From Alphaproteobacteria bacterium (GTDB lineage Bacteria > Pseudomonadota > Alphaproteobacteria > GCA-2731375): 64,000 bases of DNA. The DNA is taken from assembly GCA_965232515.1 (NCBI GenBank), contig CBDDPY010000002.1, positions 1,696,001 through 1,760,000 on the forward strand, in the 5' to 3' direction. How positions within the stretch are numbered: position 1 is the stretch's first letter; every line of letters begins with the position of its first letter. Of the stretch, positions 47,832 to 57,109 are shown one piece after another. The translations under genes were made by a program, and so were the position numbers. The notes beneath the pieces are model-generated. The model worked only from the letters and a program-made list of their open reading frames with translations. It did not search any database and had not been told where the DNA came from.

Positions 47832-48665
47832 CTAGCGCCGCATCTCCGTCTTGTCGGTGCCCTGGTAGAGCGCGGCGACGACACGGCTCATGGCGTCTTC
47901 GTGGGCGGCCAGCGCCTCGGCGTCGAGGTCGGCCTTGGGCGCCGGCATCAGGTCGAAATGGCCGTAGCGGTCCTCGCCCCGCACAAGCGTGGCGCTGTCG
48001 CGCAATTTCACCTGGCGGACATGCGTCGGGATGTAGCGGATGGCGAGGCCGATGCGTCGGTCGTCCGTGGTGTTCGGCTTAGAGCCGTGCACGGCGAGGA
48101 TGTGGTGCAGGGAGATCTCACCGGCCGCGAGCGGCACGTCGACCGCCTGCCGCTCGTCGACCTCGACGGCGATTTCCTGGCCACGGGTCAGCAGGTTGTG
48201 CTCGTGGAAGGTATCGACATGCGGGACCTGTTCCTGCTTGTGGCTGCCAGGCAGGAACTTCATGGCCCCGCTCTCGACCGGCGCGTCGCTCATGGCGAAC
48301 CAGGCCGTGCAGACATCGTTCGGCTCCAGGCCCCAATAGGTCGCGTCCTGATGCCAGGAGACATAGCCCGGATCGCGCGCTTCCTTGATGAAGAAGTTGG
48401 TGGTCCAGCAGAGGATATCCGGCCCCAGCACGTCCTCGACGGCATCGAGGATCTTGGGATGGCGGATCAGCTCGGCCGCCCAGGTGAACAGCAGGTGCAC
48501 GTTGTGGCGCATGTTCGAGTTGATCGGCTCGCCGGTCCGCGCCTCGTAGTCTTCCAAGGCATCGCGATAGCGCCGGGCGTCCGCCATCGGCATCACGCGG
48601 ATCGGAAAGAAGATCCCGTCGCGGTCGTACTGCGCCACCTGCGCATCCGTCAGTATCTTCGGCAT
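47832..48665 (-). CDS. PhyH-family Fe(II)/2OG dioxygenase
   Basis: YDRDG, WHQDATYW, PGSH, HGS.PN...RRIG; GGAGG SD. Confidence 0.9.
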   Translation of the reverse strand: MPKILTDAQVAQYDRDGIFFPIRVMPMADARRYRDALEDYEARTGEPINSNMRHNVHLLFTWAAELIRHPKILDAVEDVLGPDILCWTTNFFIKEARDPGYVSWHQDATYWGLEPNDVCTAWFAMSDAPVESGAMKFLPGSHKQEQVPHVDTFHEHNLLTRGQEIAVEVDERQAVDVPLAAGEISLHHILAVHGSKPNTTDDRRIGLAIRYIPTHVRQVKLRDSATLVRGEDRYGHFDLMPAPKADLDAEALAAHEDAMSRVVAALYQGTDKTEMRR

Positions 48666-48744
48666 AGCCTGCCTCCCGGTATCCGAGATTTCTCTCAGAT
48701 TAGCATGTTACCGGTGGCGACAGGATGTCGATAACCGAGACGGG

Positions 48745-49731
48745 TTACGGACCCTCGTATTTGACCACCTGCTGGTCGATGGCGCCGAAGATCGAGTTGC
48801 CGGCGTCGTCCAGCATCTCGATGCGGACGCGGTCGCCGAAGGCCATGAACGGCGTCGACGGCTTGCCGGCATCGATGGTTTCCAGCATGCGCTTTTCGGC
48901 GAGACAGCAGGAGCCCTTCGAACGGTCGACGTTCGAGACCGTGCCGGAGCCGACGATGGCGCCGGCGGCGAGCGGCCGCGTGTGCGCGGCATGGCTGATC
49001 AGCTTGGGGAAATCGAACGTCATGTCGACGCCGGCGTTGGGCTCGCCGAACAGCGCGTCGTTCAGGTGCACCCGCAGCGGCAGGTTGACCTTGCCGCCGT
49101 CCCAGGCGTCGCCCAGCTCGTCCGGCGTCACCGCCACCGGCGAGAAGGCGCTCGACGGCTTGCCGTGGAAGAAGCCGAAGCCCTTGGCCAGCTCGTTCGG
49201 GATCAGGTTGCGGAGCGAGACGTCGTTCACCAGCATTACCAACTTGATGTGCTGGCCACAGGCCTCGGACGCCGCGCCCATGGGCACGTCGTCGACGATG
49301 ACCGCGACCTCGGCCTCGAAATCGATGCCGTAGTCCTCGGACGCCACCTGGACGTCGTCGCGCGGCCCGATGAAGGCGTCGGAGCCGCCCTGGTACATCA
49401 GCGGATCGGTCCAGAAGCTCGCCGGCACCTCGGCGCCCCGCGCCTTGCGCACCAACTCGACATGGTTCACGTAGGCGCTGCCGTCGGCCCATTGGTAGGC
49501 CCGCGGCAGCGGCGAGGCGAGCTTATCGGCCTCCAACGCGAAAGCGCCTTCAGCCTTGCCCGTGTTGAGCGCAGCGTAGACTGCTTCCAGCTTCGGCGCC
49601 ACAGCCGCCCAGTCGTCGAGCGCCGCCTGCATCGTCGGCGCCACATCGGCCACCTCGACGGCTTGCGTGATCTCGCGGTTGACCACAATCAGCCGTCCGT
49701 CACGGCCGTCCTTCAAAGACCCGAGCTTCAT
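48745..49731 (-). CDS. Fumarylacetoacetate hydrolase family protein
   Basis: MKLGSLKDGRDG, DFEAE, NDVSLR, GSGTVSN; directly downstream of hmgA. Confidence 0.9.
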   Translation of the reverse strand: MKLGSLKDGRDGRLIVVNREITQAVEVADVAPTMQAALDDWAAVAPKLEAVYAALNTGKAEGAFALEADKLASPLPRAYQWADGSAYVNHVELVRKARGAEVPASFWTDPLMYQGGSDAFIGPRDDVQVASEDYGIDFEAEVAVIVDDVPMGAASEACGQHIKLVMLVNDVSLRNLIPNELAKGFGFFHGKPSSAFSPVAVTPDELGDAWDGGKVNLPLRVHLNDALFGEPNAGVDMTFDFPKLISHAAHTRPLAAGAIVGSGTVSNVDRSKGSCCLAEKRMLETIDAGKPSTPFMAFGDRVRIEMLDDAGNSIFGAIDQQVVKYEGP

Positions 49732-49774
49732 TCCCCGGACACTCCCCTGACTGCGATGCGCCCCAACGCCACAT

Positions 49775-49841
49775 CGTCACCCCGGCGGAGGCCGGGGTCC
49801 AATTGCACCTCAGATGGATGCAGGCCTGCGCCGGCATGACG
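49775..49841. repeat. CGTC-tagged REP doublet (second subfamily)
   Basis: CGTCACCCCGGCGGAGGCCGGGGTCCA ... TGGATGCAGGCCTGCGCCGGCATGACG, inside the hmgA-fah operon. Confidence 0.75.
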
Positions 49842-49857
49842 CCTGAGTATTTCCCTA

Positions 49858-51003
49858 CTACTCCGCCGCCTTGGCGTTGGCCATGCCCCAGGACGCGACG
49901 TAACCGGTCCACTCCACCTGCTCGGCGGCCGGCGCCACGTCCAGCGCGTCGCGCGTGTCCAACATCACCGCAACTTCCTCGGTCGCGTCCGTCTTCGGCG
50001 TGAAGGCATTTTGCAGCGCCTTCGGATGCGGGCCGTGCGGGAAGCCCGCCGGATGCATGGAAATCATGCCGGGATGGATGTTGTCGCGGCTGAAGAAATT
50101 TCCGGCGTGATAAAAAATCACCTCGTCGAAATCGTCGTTCGAATGGAAGAACGGGACCTTCAAGGCGCCGGGATCGCTCTCGAACGGCCGCGGCACGAAG
50201 GTGCAGACGATAAAGCGGTTCGAAAGAAACGTCGTGTGGGCCGATGGCGGCACGTGATAGCGGTGGCTCATCAGCGGCCGGATGTCGCGCCAGTTCAGCC
50301 GCACCGGCACCAGATCGCCCTTCCAGCCCACCGCGTCCAGCGGGTTGAAGGGATAGGTCACCGTTGAGACCTGTCCACGCCGCTTGATGGCGATGCGCCA
50401 GGCGTCCTCTGACTGCTGCGCCTTGAAGGCGTCGTCGATGCGCGGCGTGTCGAGCACGGCCGGGTCGAAGATCGCGTGATCGCCCAGGATGCCCTTCTCG
50501 GGCAGGCGATAGGAATCGTTGGTCGCCTCGATCAGCAGGGCCGCGACCGGTTCCGTCGGCGCGATGCGCCAGGCCGTACCGCGCGGCAGCATGATGTAGT
50601 CGCCCTCGCTGAACGCCATATGGCCGAAGTCGCAGAACAGATCGCCAGCGCCGGCATGGATGAACAGCAACTCGTCGCCATCGCCGTTACGCACGAGATG
50701 GTCCATCGCCGTCTCGCAGCGCCAGGTGCGGAACTGCACGGCCGCGTTCGACATCAGCAGGTGCGCGTCCCAGGGACTCGCCTGCCCGCCCTCGAACTTG
50801 GTCGTGTCGAAGGCGCGGGGCTTGAGCGGCCCCTCCCAGTCGACCCAGCCGGTCGGCGCGTGCCGGTGGTACATGTGCGTCGCAGGGCCGAAGAAGCCTT
50901 CCTTGCCCAGCTCGCGCTCGACCGTGCCGTCGGGCAGGTCGGCATGCGCCTGCCGCGAGGCGAGTCCCTCGACCCGCGGCAGCGAGATCCACTTGCGTGC
51001 CAT
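49858..51003 (-). CDS. hmgA: Homogentisate 1,2-dioxygenase (short type)
   Basis: RNGDGDELLFIH, HVPPSAH, PFFHSNDDFDE, HGPHP; between hppD and fah. Confidence 0.88.
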   Translation of the reverse strand: MARKWISLPRVEGLASRQAHADLPDGTVERELGKEGFFGPATHMYHRHAPTGWVDWEGPLKPRAFDTTKFEGGQASPWDAHLLMSNAAVQFRTWRCETAMDHLVRNGDGDELLFIHAGAGDLFCDFGHMAFSEGDYIMLPRGTAWRIAPTEPVAALLIEATNDSYRLPEKGILGDHAIFDPAVLDTPRIDDAFKAQQSEDAWRIAIKRRGQVSTVTYPFNPLDAVGWKGDLVPVRLNWRDIRPLMSHRYHVPPSAHTTFLSNRFIVCTFVPRPFESDPGALKVPFFHSNDDFDEVIFYHAGNFFSRDNIHPGMISMHPAGFPHGPHPKALQNAFTPKTDATEEVAVMLDTRDALDVAPAAEQVEWTGYVASWGMANAKAAE

Positions 51004-51015
51004 GTGCCGTTCCTC

Positions 51016-52098
51016 CTAGGCCGTGCTTTCGGCCTTGTCCTTGATGTAGCCGCGGCGCACCTGATCGAGCTCGATCGACTCGAACAGCGCCTTGAAGTTG
51101 CCCTCGCCGAAGCCCTCGTTGCCCTTGCGCTGGATCAGCTCGAAGAAGATCGGGCCGATCACCGTGTTGGTGAAGATCTGCAGCAGCAGGCCGCCGCCCT
51201 GGCCCTCGCCGCCGTCCAGCAGGATGCGGTTCTGCTTCAGCCGCGCGACGTCCTCGCCATGGTCCGGCACGCGGTCGTCCAGCATCTCGTAGTAGGTGTC
51301 GGGCGTGTCCTGGAACGGCACGTCCTTGCCTCGCAACGTTTCGACCGCGCCGTAGATGTTGTCCGTGCCCAGCGCGATGTGCTGAATGCCCTCGCCGCGA
51401 TAAGCCTCGAGATATTCCTGGATCTGCGACTTGTCGTCGGAGGACTCGTTGATCGGGATGCGGATCTTGCCGCAGGGGCTGGTCATGGCCTTCGACTTCA
51501 GGCCGGTCAGTTTGCCCTCGATATCGAAGAACCGGACCTCGCGGAAATTGAACAGGCGCTCGTAGAACCCGGCCCATTCCTCCATCCGGCCGCGATGCAC
51601 GTTGTGCGTCAGATGGTCGACGTAAGAGAGGCCGACGCCCGGCGGGTTCGGATCGACGCCCTCGATCGGCATGAAGTCGACATCGTAGATCGTGCCGCTG
51701 TCGCCATAGCGGTCGACCAGATAGATCAGCGAGTCACCGATACCCTTGATGGCCGGGATGTTCAGCTCCATCGGCCCGACCTTGCCCTCGACGCCCCAGG
51801 CGCCATTGTCGATGGCGTGTTGATAGGCCGACGCAGCGTCCTTCACCCGGAAGGCGATGGCGCAGACGCTGGGCCCGTGCAGCTTGGCGAAGGATTGCGA
51901 GAAGCTCTCGGGCTCGGCGTTGATGATGAAGTTGACGCCGCCCTGACGGTAGAGCGTCACGTCCTTGGAGCGGTGGCGGGCGACGGCGGTGAAGCCCATC
52001 TGCTCGAACAAGGCCCCCAGCGCCTTCGTGTCCGGCGCCGTATACTCGATGAACTCAAACCCGTCGGTCCCCTGCGGGTTCTCCCAAAGGTCAGGCAT
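51016..52098 (-). CDS. hppD: 4-hydroxyphenylpyruvate dioxygenase
   Basis: DHLTHNV, GIQHIAL, LLQIFT, FFELIQRKG..GFGEGNFKALF. Confidence 0.97.
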   Translation of the reverse strand: MPDLWENPQGTDGFEFIEYTAPDTKALGALFEQMGFTAVARHRSKDVTLYRQGGVNFIINAEPESFSQSFAKLHGPSVCAIAFRVKDAASAYQHAIDNGAWGVEGKVGPMELNIPAIKGIGDSLIYLVDRYGDSGTIYDVDFMPIEGVDPNPPGVGLSYVDHLTHNVHRGRMEEWAGFYERLFNFREVRFFDIEGKLTGLKSKAMTSPCGKIRIPINESSDDKSQIQEYLEAYRGEGIQHIALGTDNIYGAVETLRGKDVPFQDTPDTYYEMLDDRVPDHGEDVARLKQNRILLDGGEGQGGGLLLQIFTNTVIGPIFFELIQRKGNEGFGEGNFKALFESIELDQVRRGYIKDKAESTA

Positions 52099-52188
52099 CG
52101 TCTGTCTCCAGAATTGGGTGTTGCGGCGGTCCCCTTCCCGCCCGCGTCCGCGCGCCAAGGCCTTGACGCGCTATCGTTAAACATATGA

Positions 52189-52206
52189 TAGTTTCGTTTG
52201 AAACTA
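52189..52206. promoter_or_regulatory. Palindromic operator TAGTTTC-GTTT-GAAACTA (putative MarR site)
   Basis: Perfect 7-bp arms between divergent hppD and marR; just downstream of a TTGACG -35-like hexamer at 52163. Confidence 0.7.
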
Positions 52207-52236
52207 ATTGCAAGATACGCACCGCAAACCGACACC

Positions 52237-52737
52237 ATGGACAAGCCGGCCGACAAACCGGACCTTGCGGACGCGCCCGACGGGCCGTCCGGGACGCTGC
52301 TGTTGGAGCAGTTCCTCCCTTATCGCCTGTCCGTGCTGACGAATACCGTCAGCAGCACGCTCGCCGGCGAGTATCAGACCCGCTTCGGCATGAGCGTGCC
52401 GCAGTGGCGCGTGATGGCGGTGCTGGGCCGGTTCCCCGACCTTTCGGCGAGCGAAGTGGCCGAAAAGACCGCCATGGACAAGGTCATGGTCAGCCGCGCC
52501 GTCGCGGCGCTGATCGACGCCGGCCGCATCGACCGGCGCATGGACGACACGGACCGCCGCCGCTCGGTGCTGCGATTGAGCGCGGCCGGCCGCGCCGTCT
52601 ACGACGAGATCGTCCCGGTCGCCCGCGCCTACGAACGGCGTTTGCTGGCGGCGTTGAACGCGGACGACGCCGCGGCGCTCGACCGCATTCTCACGCAATT
52701 GCAGGCACGCGCCGGTCAGCTCGCCGATGATGCCTGA
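52237..52737 (+). CDS. MarR family regulator (probable tyrosine/homogentisate regulator)
   Basis: FLPYRL, QWRVMAVL, MDKVMVSRAV, DRRRS.L.LS..G. Confidence 0.9.
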   Translation: MDKPADKPDLADAPDGPSGTLLLEQFLPYRLSVLTNTVSSTLAGEYQTRFGMSVPQWRVMAVLGRFPDLSASEVAEKTAMDKVMVSRAVAALIDAGRIDRRMDDTDRRRSVLRLSAAGRAVYDEIVPVARAYERRLLAALNADDAAALDRILTQLQARAGQLADDA

Positions 52738-53431
52738 GCCGGCGCGGCCGCTGGTCCTGGTCGGCGTGGGCGACGAGATCGCGCCGCTGCTGACGATCGT
52801 CCGGACCTGGGCCGAGGCCGGCTTTCCGGAACCCATCTGGTTCGTTCAGGGCGCCCGGCACGGCCGCGAACATCCCTTCGGCGAGGAAATCCGAACGCTG
52901 GCCGGGCGGCACGCGGACTTGCATCTCGACATCAGCTACAGCGGGGCGCGGACGACTGACGTGCTGGGCCGCGACTATCAGCGCAACGGCCGGGTCAATC
53001 TGGCGACGCTTAAACGCCTGCCGCCCGGCCCGGATGCGGAATTCGTGCTTTGCGGCGCGACCGACGTTATCGCCGAACTGCATGCCGGCCTGGTGGCCTG
53101 GGGCGTGCCCGAGGACCGGATCCGACAACTCGGCGAAACGGCCCCGTCAGCGTCGATGGCGGAACGAAACACGTCGGGCATCACCGTCCGCTTCGCCGGC
53201 AGCGGTGTAGCCGTGCCATGGCGCGAGACTCACCGCAGCCTGCTGACGCTGGCGGAGGCCGAAGGGCTGAACCCGCGCTTCAGCTGCCGCACCGGCATCT
53301 GCCAGGCCTGCCTCTGCCCGTTGCTGTCGGGCAACGTCGCCTACGAGCGCGAGCCGCTGCTGACACCGGCGCCGGGACAGGTGCTGATCTGCTGCTGCAA
53401 GCCGGTCGGCGACGTGGTGCTGGATCTCTGA
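52727..53431 (+). CDS. Degenerate FNR NAD-binding domain fused to a C-terminal 2Fe-2S ferredoxin
   Basis: CRTGICQAC...CC; VLCG motif; no FAD-binding domain. Confidence 0.7.
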   Translation: MMPEPARPLVLVGVGDEIAPLLTIVRTWAEAGFPEPIWFVQGARHGREHPFGEEIRTLAGRHADLHLDISYSGARTTDVLGRDYQRNGRVNLATLKRLPPGPDAEFVLCGATDVIAELHAGLVAWGVPEDRIRQLGETAPSASMAERNTSGITVRFAGSGVAVPWRETHRSLLTLAEAEGLNPRFSCRTGICQACLCPLLSGNVAYEREPLLTPAPGQVLICCCKPVGDVVLDL

Positions 53432-53439
53432 GCCCGTCG

Positions 53440-54234
53440 TCAGACGCCGTTGCTGACGCCGAGGCGACCGATGCCGGGCAGCTTCAGGGCCGGCCGCAGG
53501 ACGTCGATGCCGGCGGTCAGGCCCAGCATGTTGACCTCGATGCCCTCCTTCAGCGCCAGCGTCAGGCCGAAGAGCCCGAACAGCGAGACCTGAAAGCCGG
53601 TGCCGCTGGGCGTCCAGGCGGCGACATCGCCGTTCGGCAGGAAGTCCTTGCCGATGGCCATCGCCGGCAACGCCAACTCGAGCGCCGGCACCTCGCGGCC
53701 GATATGCGCGGTAAATGTGTTGCTGTTCGGGCCGGGCCAGACCCGATAGCTGTTGGGAAACGGATAGCGCTCCGCCGCGTCGACGATTTGCGCGATCAGG
53801 TCGTCGACACCCTCGCCGCGCAGGTCGACCAGCTTCTCGGGCCGATTGCCGAACCACTCGGCATCTGGCGCCCGGCTGTTGATCCGGATCGCCGGCCGGC
53901 CGTGGCGGACGCCCCAGCCCATCACTTCGAGCCGGGTGTAGCGGTCGGCGCCGGTGGGCTTCATGGCGATCCAGGTGTGCACGCCAAAGGCGCCGCGCCA
54001 GCCGAATGCCCGCGCGGCATAGATCTGAACCACCGCCTCCCGTGTCGTCGCCGGGTCCGGCGCCTGGTTCGTGCTGTCGTGGCTTGCTTCCCACCAATTC
54101 ACGGCATACGCCTTGCCGATGTACTTCGCGCCGGAACTCAGACCCAGCGGCAGCGCATAAAGCAGCACGAATGCCAAAGCCAGCCGCCGCGGCCAGCGCC
54201 ATCTCCGCGTTTTCGACACCGGTTTGTCCATCAT
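53440..54234 (-). CDS. DUF3750-like membrane-associated protein
   Basis: AFGWRG.FGVHTWI and YRVWPGPNSNTF motifs. Confidence 0.75.
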   Translation of the reverse strand: MMDKPVSKTRRWRWPRRLALAFVLLYALPLGLSSGAKYIGKAYAVNWWEASHDSTNQAPDPATTREAVVQIYAARAFGWRGAFGVHTWIAMKPTGADRYTRLEVMGWGVRHGRPAIRINSRAPDAEWFGNRPEKLVDLRGEGVDDLIAQIVDAAERYPFPNSYRVWPGPNSNTFTAHIGREVPALELALPAMAIGKDFLPNGDVAAWTPSGTGFQVSLFGLFGLTLALKEGIEVNMLGLTAGIDVLRPALKLPGIGRLGVSNGV

Positions 54235-54414
54235 GACCCTGTCAAACGTAAGTCTGCGGCGTTCGGATTCAAATCGGCAATCACAAGCGCTTGAGCGCTC
54301 TGACGCCTAACAATTGATTGAAATCAGTGCGGTTCGTCATCCAGTCGTAACTTTTAGGAAAACGCACCCAGTTCGCCGAGGTCCGCGGCGAGCTTTTTCG
54401 CAAAGGAAGCCGAT

Positions 54415-55302
54415 ATGTTGAGAGTCCTCGCCGCTGCCTCGTTGCTGGCCGGCCTGTTGCCGTTCTCCGCCACCGCCGTCGAGCTCGATTTCAAAGGCTC
54501 GTTGGGCGAAGGCCGGCACACCCGCTACGTACCGCCGCTGTCCAATCCGCTGCTGAACGAAACGCCCTACATCACCACGGAACTGCGGCCGATCTACCTC
54601 TATAACCGTATTCCCGGCGATTTCCTGACGCAGGGCGGCCGAATCCGGATCGTCGCCGCGGAGCTGCGGGTCGCGCTCACCGAACGGCTCGGTTTCATTG
54701 CCTCGAAGGATGGCTATGCCGATCTCGAATTCGACGCCGTGCTGCCGGACGAGAGCGGGTTCGTCAATATCTCGGCCGGCTTCAAGTATGCCCTGATTTC
54801 CCGGCCGGAGGACGAGACCATCCTGACCGTCGGCGCCGAGTACGAGCCGCCGAGCGGCGATATCGAGACCGGCGGCATCAGCCTGCAGGGCGACGGCGAC
54901 GGCCTGCTGGACCTGTTCGTCACCGGCGCAACCACCTTCGGCAAGCTCGGCCTGCAGGGCAGCGCCGGCTTTAACCTGGCGTTGGACGGCGATCATGACA
55001 GCTCGCAGTTCCACTATTCGCTGCATGCCAACTACGAGGTGCTGCCGCGCTTCTACCCCCTGGTCGAGCTGAACGGCTTCACGACCATCGACGACGGCGA
55101 CCGCACGGCCGCCGACTTCGAGGGCATCGATCTGGTCAATTTCGGCGCCACGGATTCCGGCACCGTGATCACCGGCGCGGTCGGCGCGCGTTATCGCTTC
55201 ACCGACAACATCCAGATGGGTCTCGGCTACGAGACGCCGCTGACCGACCGCGAGGACATCATGGACTGGCGCGTCTACTTCGATCTGGTGTTCTCGCTCT
55301 GA
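54415..55302 (+). CDS. Putative outer-membrane beta-barrel protein
   Basis: Signal peptide; alternating amphipathic strands rich in Gly and aromatic residues; C-terminal YFDLVFSL. Confidence 0.6.
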   Translation: MLRVLAAASLLAGLLPFSATAVELDFKGSLGEGRHTRYVPPLSNPLLNETPYITTELRPIYLYNRIPGDFLTQGGRIRIVAAELRVALTERLGFIASKDGYADLEFDAVLPDESGFVNISAGFKYALISRPEDETILTVGAEYEPPSGDIETGGISLQGDGDGLLDLFVTGATTFGKLGLQGSAGFNLALDGDHDSSQFHYSLHANYEVLPRFYPLVELNGFTTIDDGDRTAADFEGIDLVNFGATDSGTVITGAVGARYRFTDNIQMGLGYETPLTDREDIMDWRVYFDLVFSL

Positions 55303-55369
55303 CCTCGCCGACGGACCGTTTGTTGCGTTAAGCTGGAGGGAAGCAGAAAAAGAAACGCCGGAGGCGAAG

Positions 55370-56206
55370 ATGGGGTCGACGTCGTCAGCGCGATTGAGCG
55401 CGTCCGAGATCGAAAGCTACCACAGAGACGGCCTGATCGTTCCGAGCTACCGGCTGCCCACCGCCCGCGTCGACGCCATGCGGGCGGCGCTCGACCGTCT
55501 GATCGCCGACAATCCCGACGTCCGGCCCGAGCATCTGGTGCTGCGCTGGGGCGGCGGCGCCGACGCCCTGCCGGCGCACGCCGCGTTCCTCGACTTCGCC
55601 CAAGACGACGCGGTTCTGGACCTCGTCGAACAGATCCTCGGCCCTGACCTGATCCTCTGGGGCAGCCACGTGTTCTGCAAGCCGGCCGGCGACGGGCTCG
55701 AGATCCCCTGGCACCAGGACGGCCAGTACTGGCCGATCCGTCCGCTGGCGACCTGCACGGTCTGGATCGCGCTCGACCACTCGACGCCCGAAAACGGCTG
55801 CCTGCGCGTCATCCCCGGCTCGCACCGCCAGAAGACCGTGTTTCATCATCGCCTGGACGAGCGGCCGAACCTCGCCATCGACCAGGTGATCGAGGAATCG
55901 CAGTTCGACGAAAGCGAGGCCCGCGACGTGATCCTGGAACCGGGCCAGATGTCGATCCACGACGTTTATCTGATCCACGGCTCGCGCGCCAACCGCTCGG
56001 GCTGTCGCCGCACGGGCTTCGCCACCCGCTACATGCCGTCGACGTCGCTCTACGACCGCAGCGTGAAGTATCCGGGCGGCGCCAAGGCGATCCGCCAGGA
56101 CATGTCGCTGCGGCCGATCTATCTCGTCCGTGGCCGCGACCGCCACGGCGGGAACGACTTCACGGTCGGTCAGGACACGCCGTTCGCGGTCGGAGCCGCC
56201 GAATGA
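55370..56206 (+). CDS. PhyH-family Fe(II)/2OG dioxygenase
   Basis: YHRDG, WHQDGQYW, PGSH, HGSRAN..RR. Confidence 0.9.
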   Translation: MGSTSSARLSASEIESYHRDGLIVPSYRLPTARVDAMRAALDRLIADNPDVRPEHLVLRWGGGADALPAHAAFLDFAQDDAVLDLVEQILGPDLILWGSHVFCKPAGDGLEIPWHQDGQYWPIRPLATCTVWIALDHSTPENGCLRVIPGSHRQKTVFHHRLDERPNLAIDQVIEESQFDESEARDVILEPGQMSIHDVYLIHGSRANRSGCRRTGFATRYMPSTSLYDRSVKYPGGAKAIRQDMSLRPIYLVRGRDRHGGNDFTVGQDTPFAVGAAE

Positions 56207-57108
56207 CGGACGATCTGCGCGCCTTGCCCAAGATCGATGCCCACCATCATCTCTGGGACGTCGAGAACAATCCCTATCCCTGGCTGACCGGCCCGACCGA
56301 GCCGCGTATCTACGGCGACTACGGCGCCATCAAGAAGAACTATCTGATCGACGATTTCCGGGCCGACGGCCAGCCGCACAACGTGGTCAAATCGGTGCAC
56401 GTGCAGGCGAACTGGGACCCGGCCGACCCGGTCGGCGAGACCCGCTGGTGTCAGGGCGTCGCTGACATCAGTGGCTTTCCACACGCCATTGTCGGCCACG
56501 CCAATCTGGCCGAAAGCGATGTCGAAGGCGTGCTGGCCGCGCACTGCGAGAGCGCCAACATGCGCGGCATCCGGCACATCATCGGGCATACCGACCATCC
56601 CGATCATCCGAGACCAAGGCCGGACTACCTGAACGATCCGGCCTGGGAGCACGGCTTCAGCCTGCTGCGCAACTACGGCCTGTCATTCGATTTTCAGCTG
56701 TTCCCGCGGCACATGGCCGACGCCGCGCGCATCGTCCGGGCCTATCCCGACACGCCGGTCGTGATCTGTCACACCGGCTTTCCGTTCCCGCGCGACGACG
56801 ACGGTGTGGCCCTATGGCGCAAGGGCATGCGGGCGCTCAGCGAATGCCCGCACGTCTACGCCAAACTGTCGGGTCCGGCGATGGTGATGCTGAACTGGAC
56901 GGTCGACAGCTTCGGCCCGTTCATTCGCGAAACCATCGACCTGTTCGGCCCCGCCCGCTGCATGTTCGCAAGCAACGTGCCGCCCGACCTGTTGGCCAAG
57001 AGCTACGACCAGATCTACGCCGCGTTCTACGACTGGGCCGCGCCCTACTCGGCCGACGAGCAGCGGCAGTTGTTCCACGACGCCGCGGCGTCGTTCTATC
57101 GGATCTGA
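56203..57108 (+). CDS. Amidohydrolase-2 family (lactonase-like) protein
   Basis: IDAHHHLW, GIRH, ICHTG, KLSG, MFASN.P.D; ATGA overlap with the upstream gene. Confidence 0.88.
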   Translation: MTDDLRALPKIDAHHHLWDVENNPYPWLTGPTEPRIYGDYGAIKKNYLIDDFRADGQPHNVVKSVHVQANWDPADPVGETRWCQGVADISGFPHAIVGHANLAESDVEGVLAAHCESANMRGIRHIIGHTDHPDHPRPRPDYLNDPAWEHGFSLLRNYGLSFDFQLFPRHMADAARIVRAYPDTPVVICHTGFPFPRDDDGVALWRKGMRALSECPHVYAKLSGPAMVMLNWTVDSFGPFIRETIDLFGPARCMFASNVPPDLLAKSYDQIYAAFYDWAAPYSADEQRQLFHDAAASFYRI

Positions 57109-57109
57109 T

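Noticed and set aside
47832-48665. PhyH proteins as Fe/2OG halogenases
   Set aside because: All four keep Asp in HxD; halogenases have Ala or Gly at that position
50476-52188. 570-aa ORF antisense to hppD/hmgA, and similar long antisense or alternative-frame ORFs (20799-22385, 37467-39155, 43428-44993, 46505-48082)
   Set aside because: Each fully overlaps well-supported genes and has low-information Arg/Gly/Ala-rich composition
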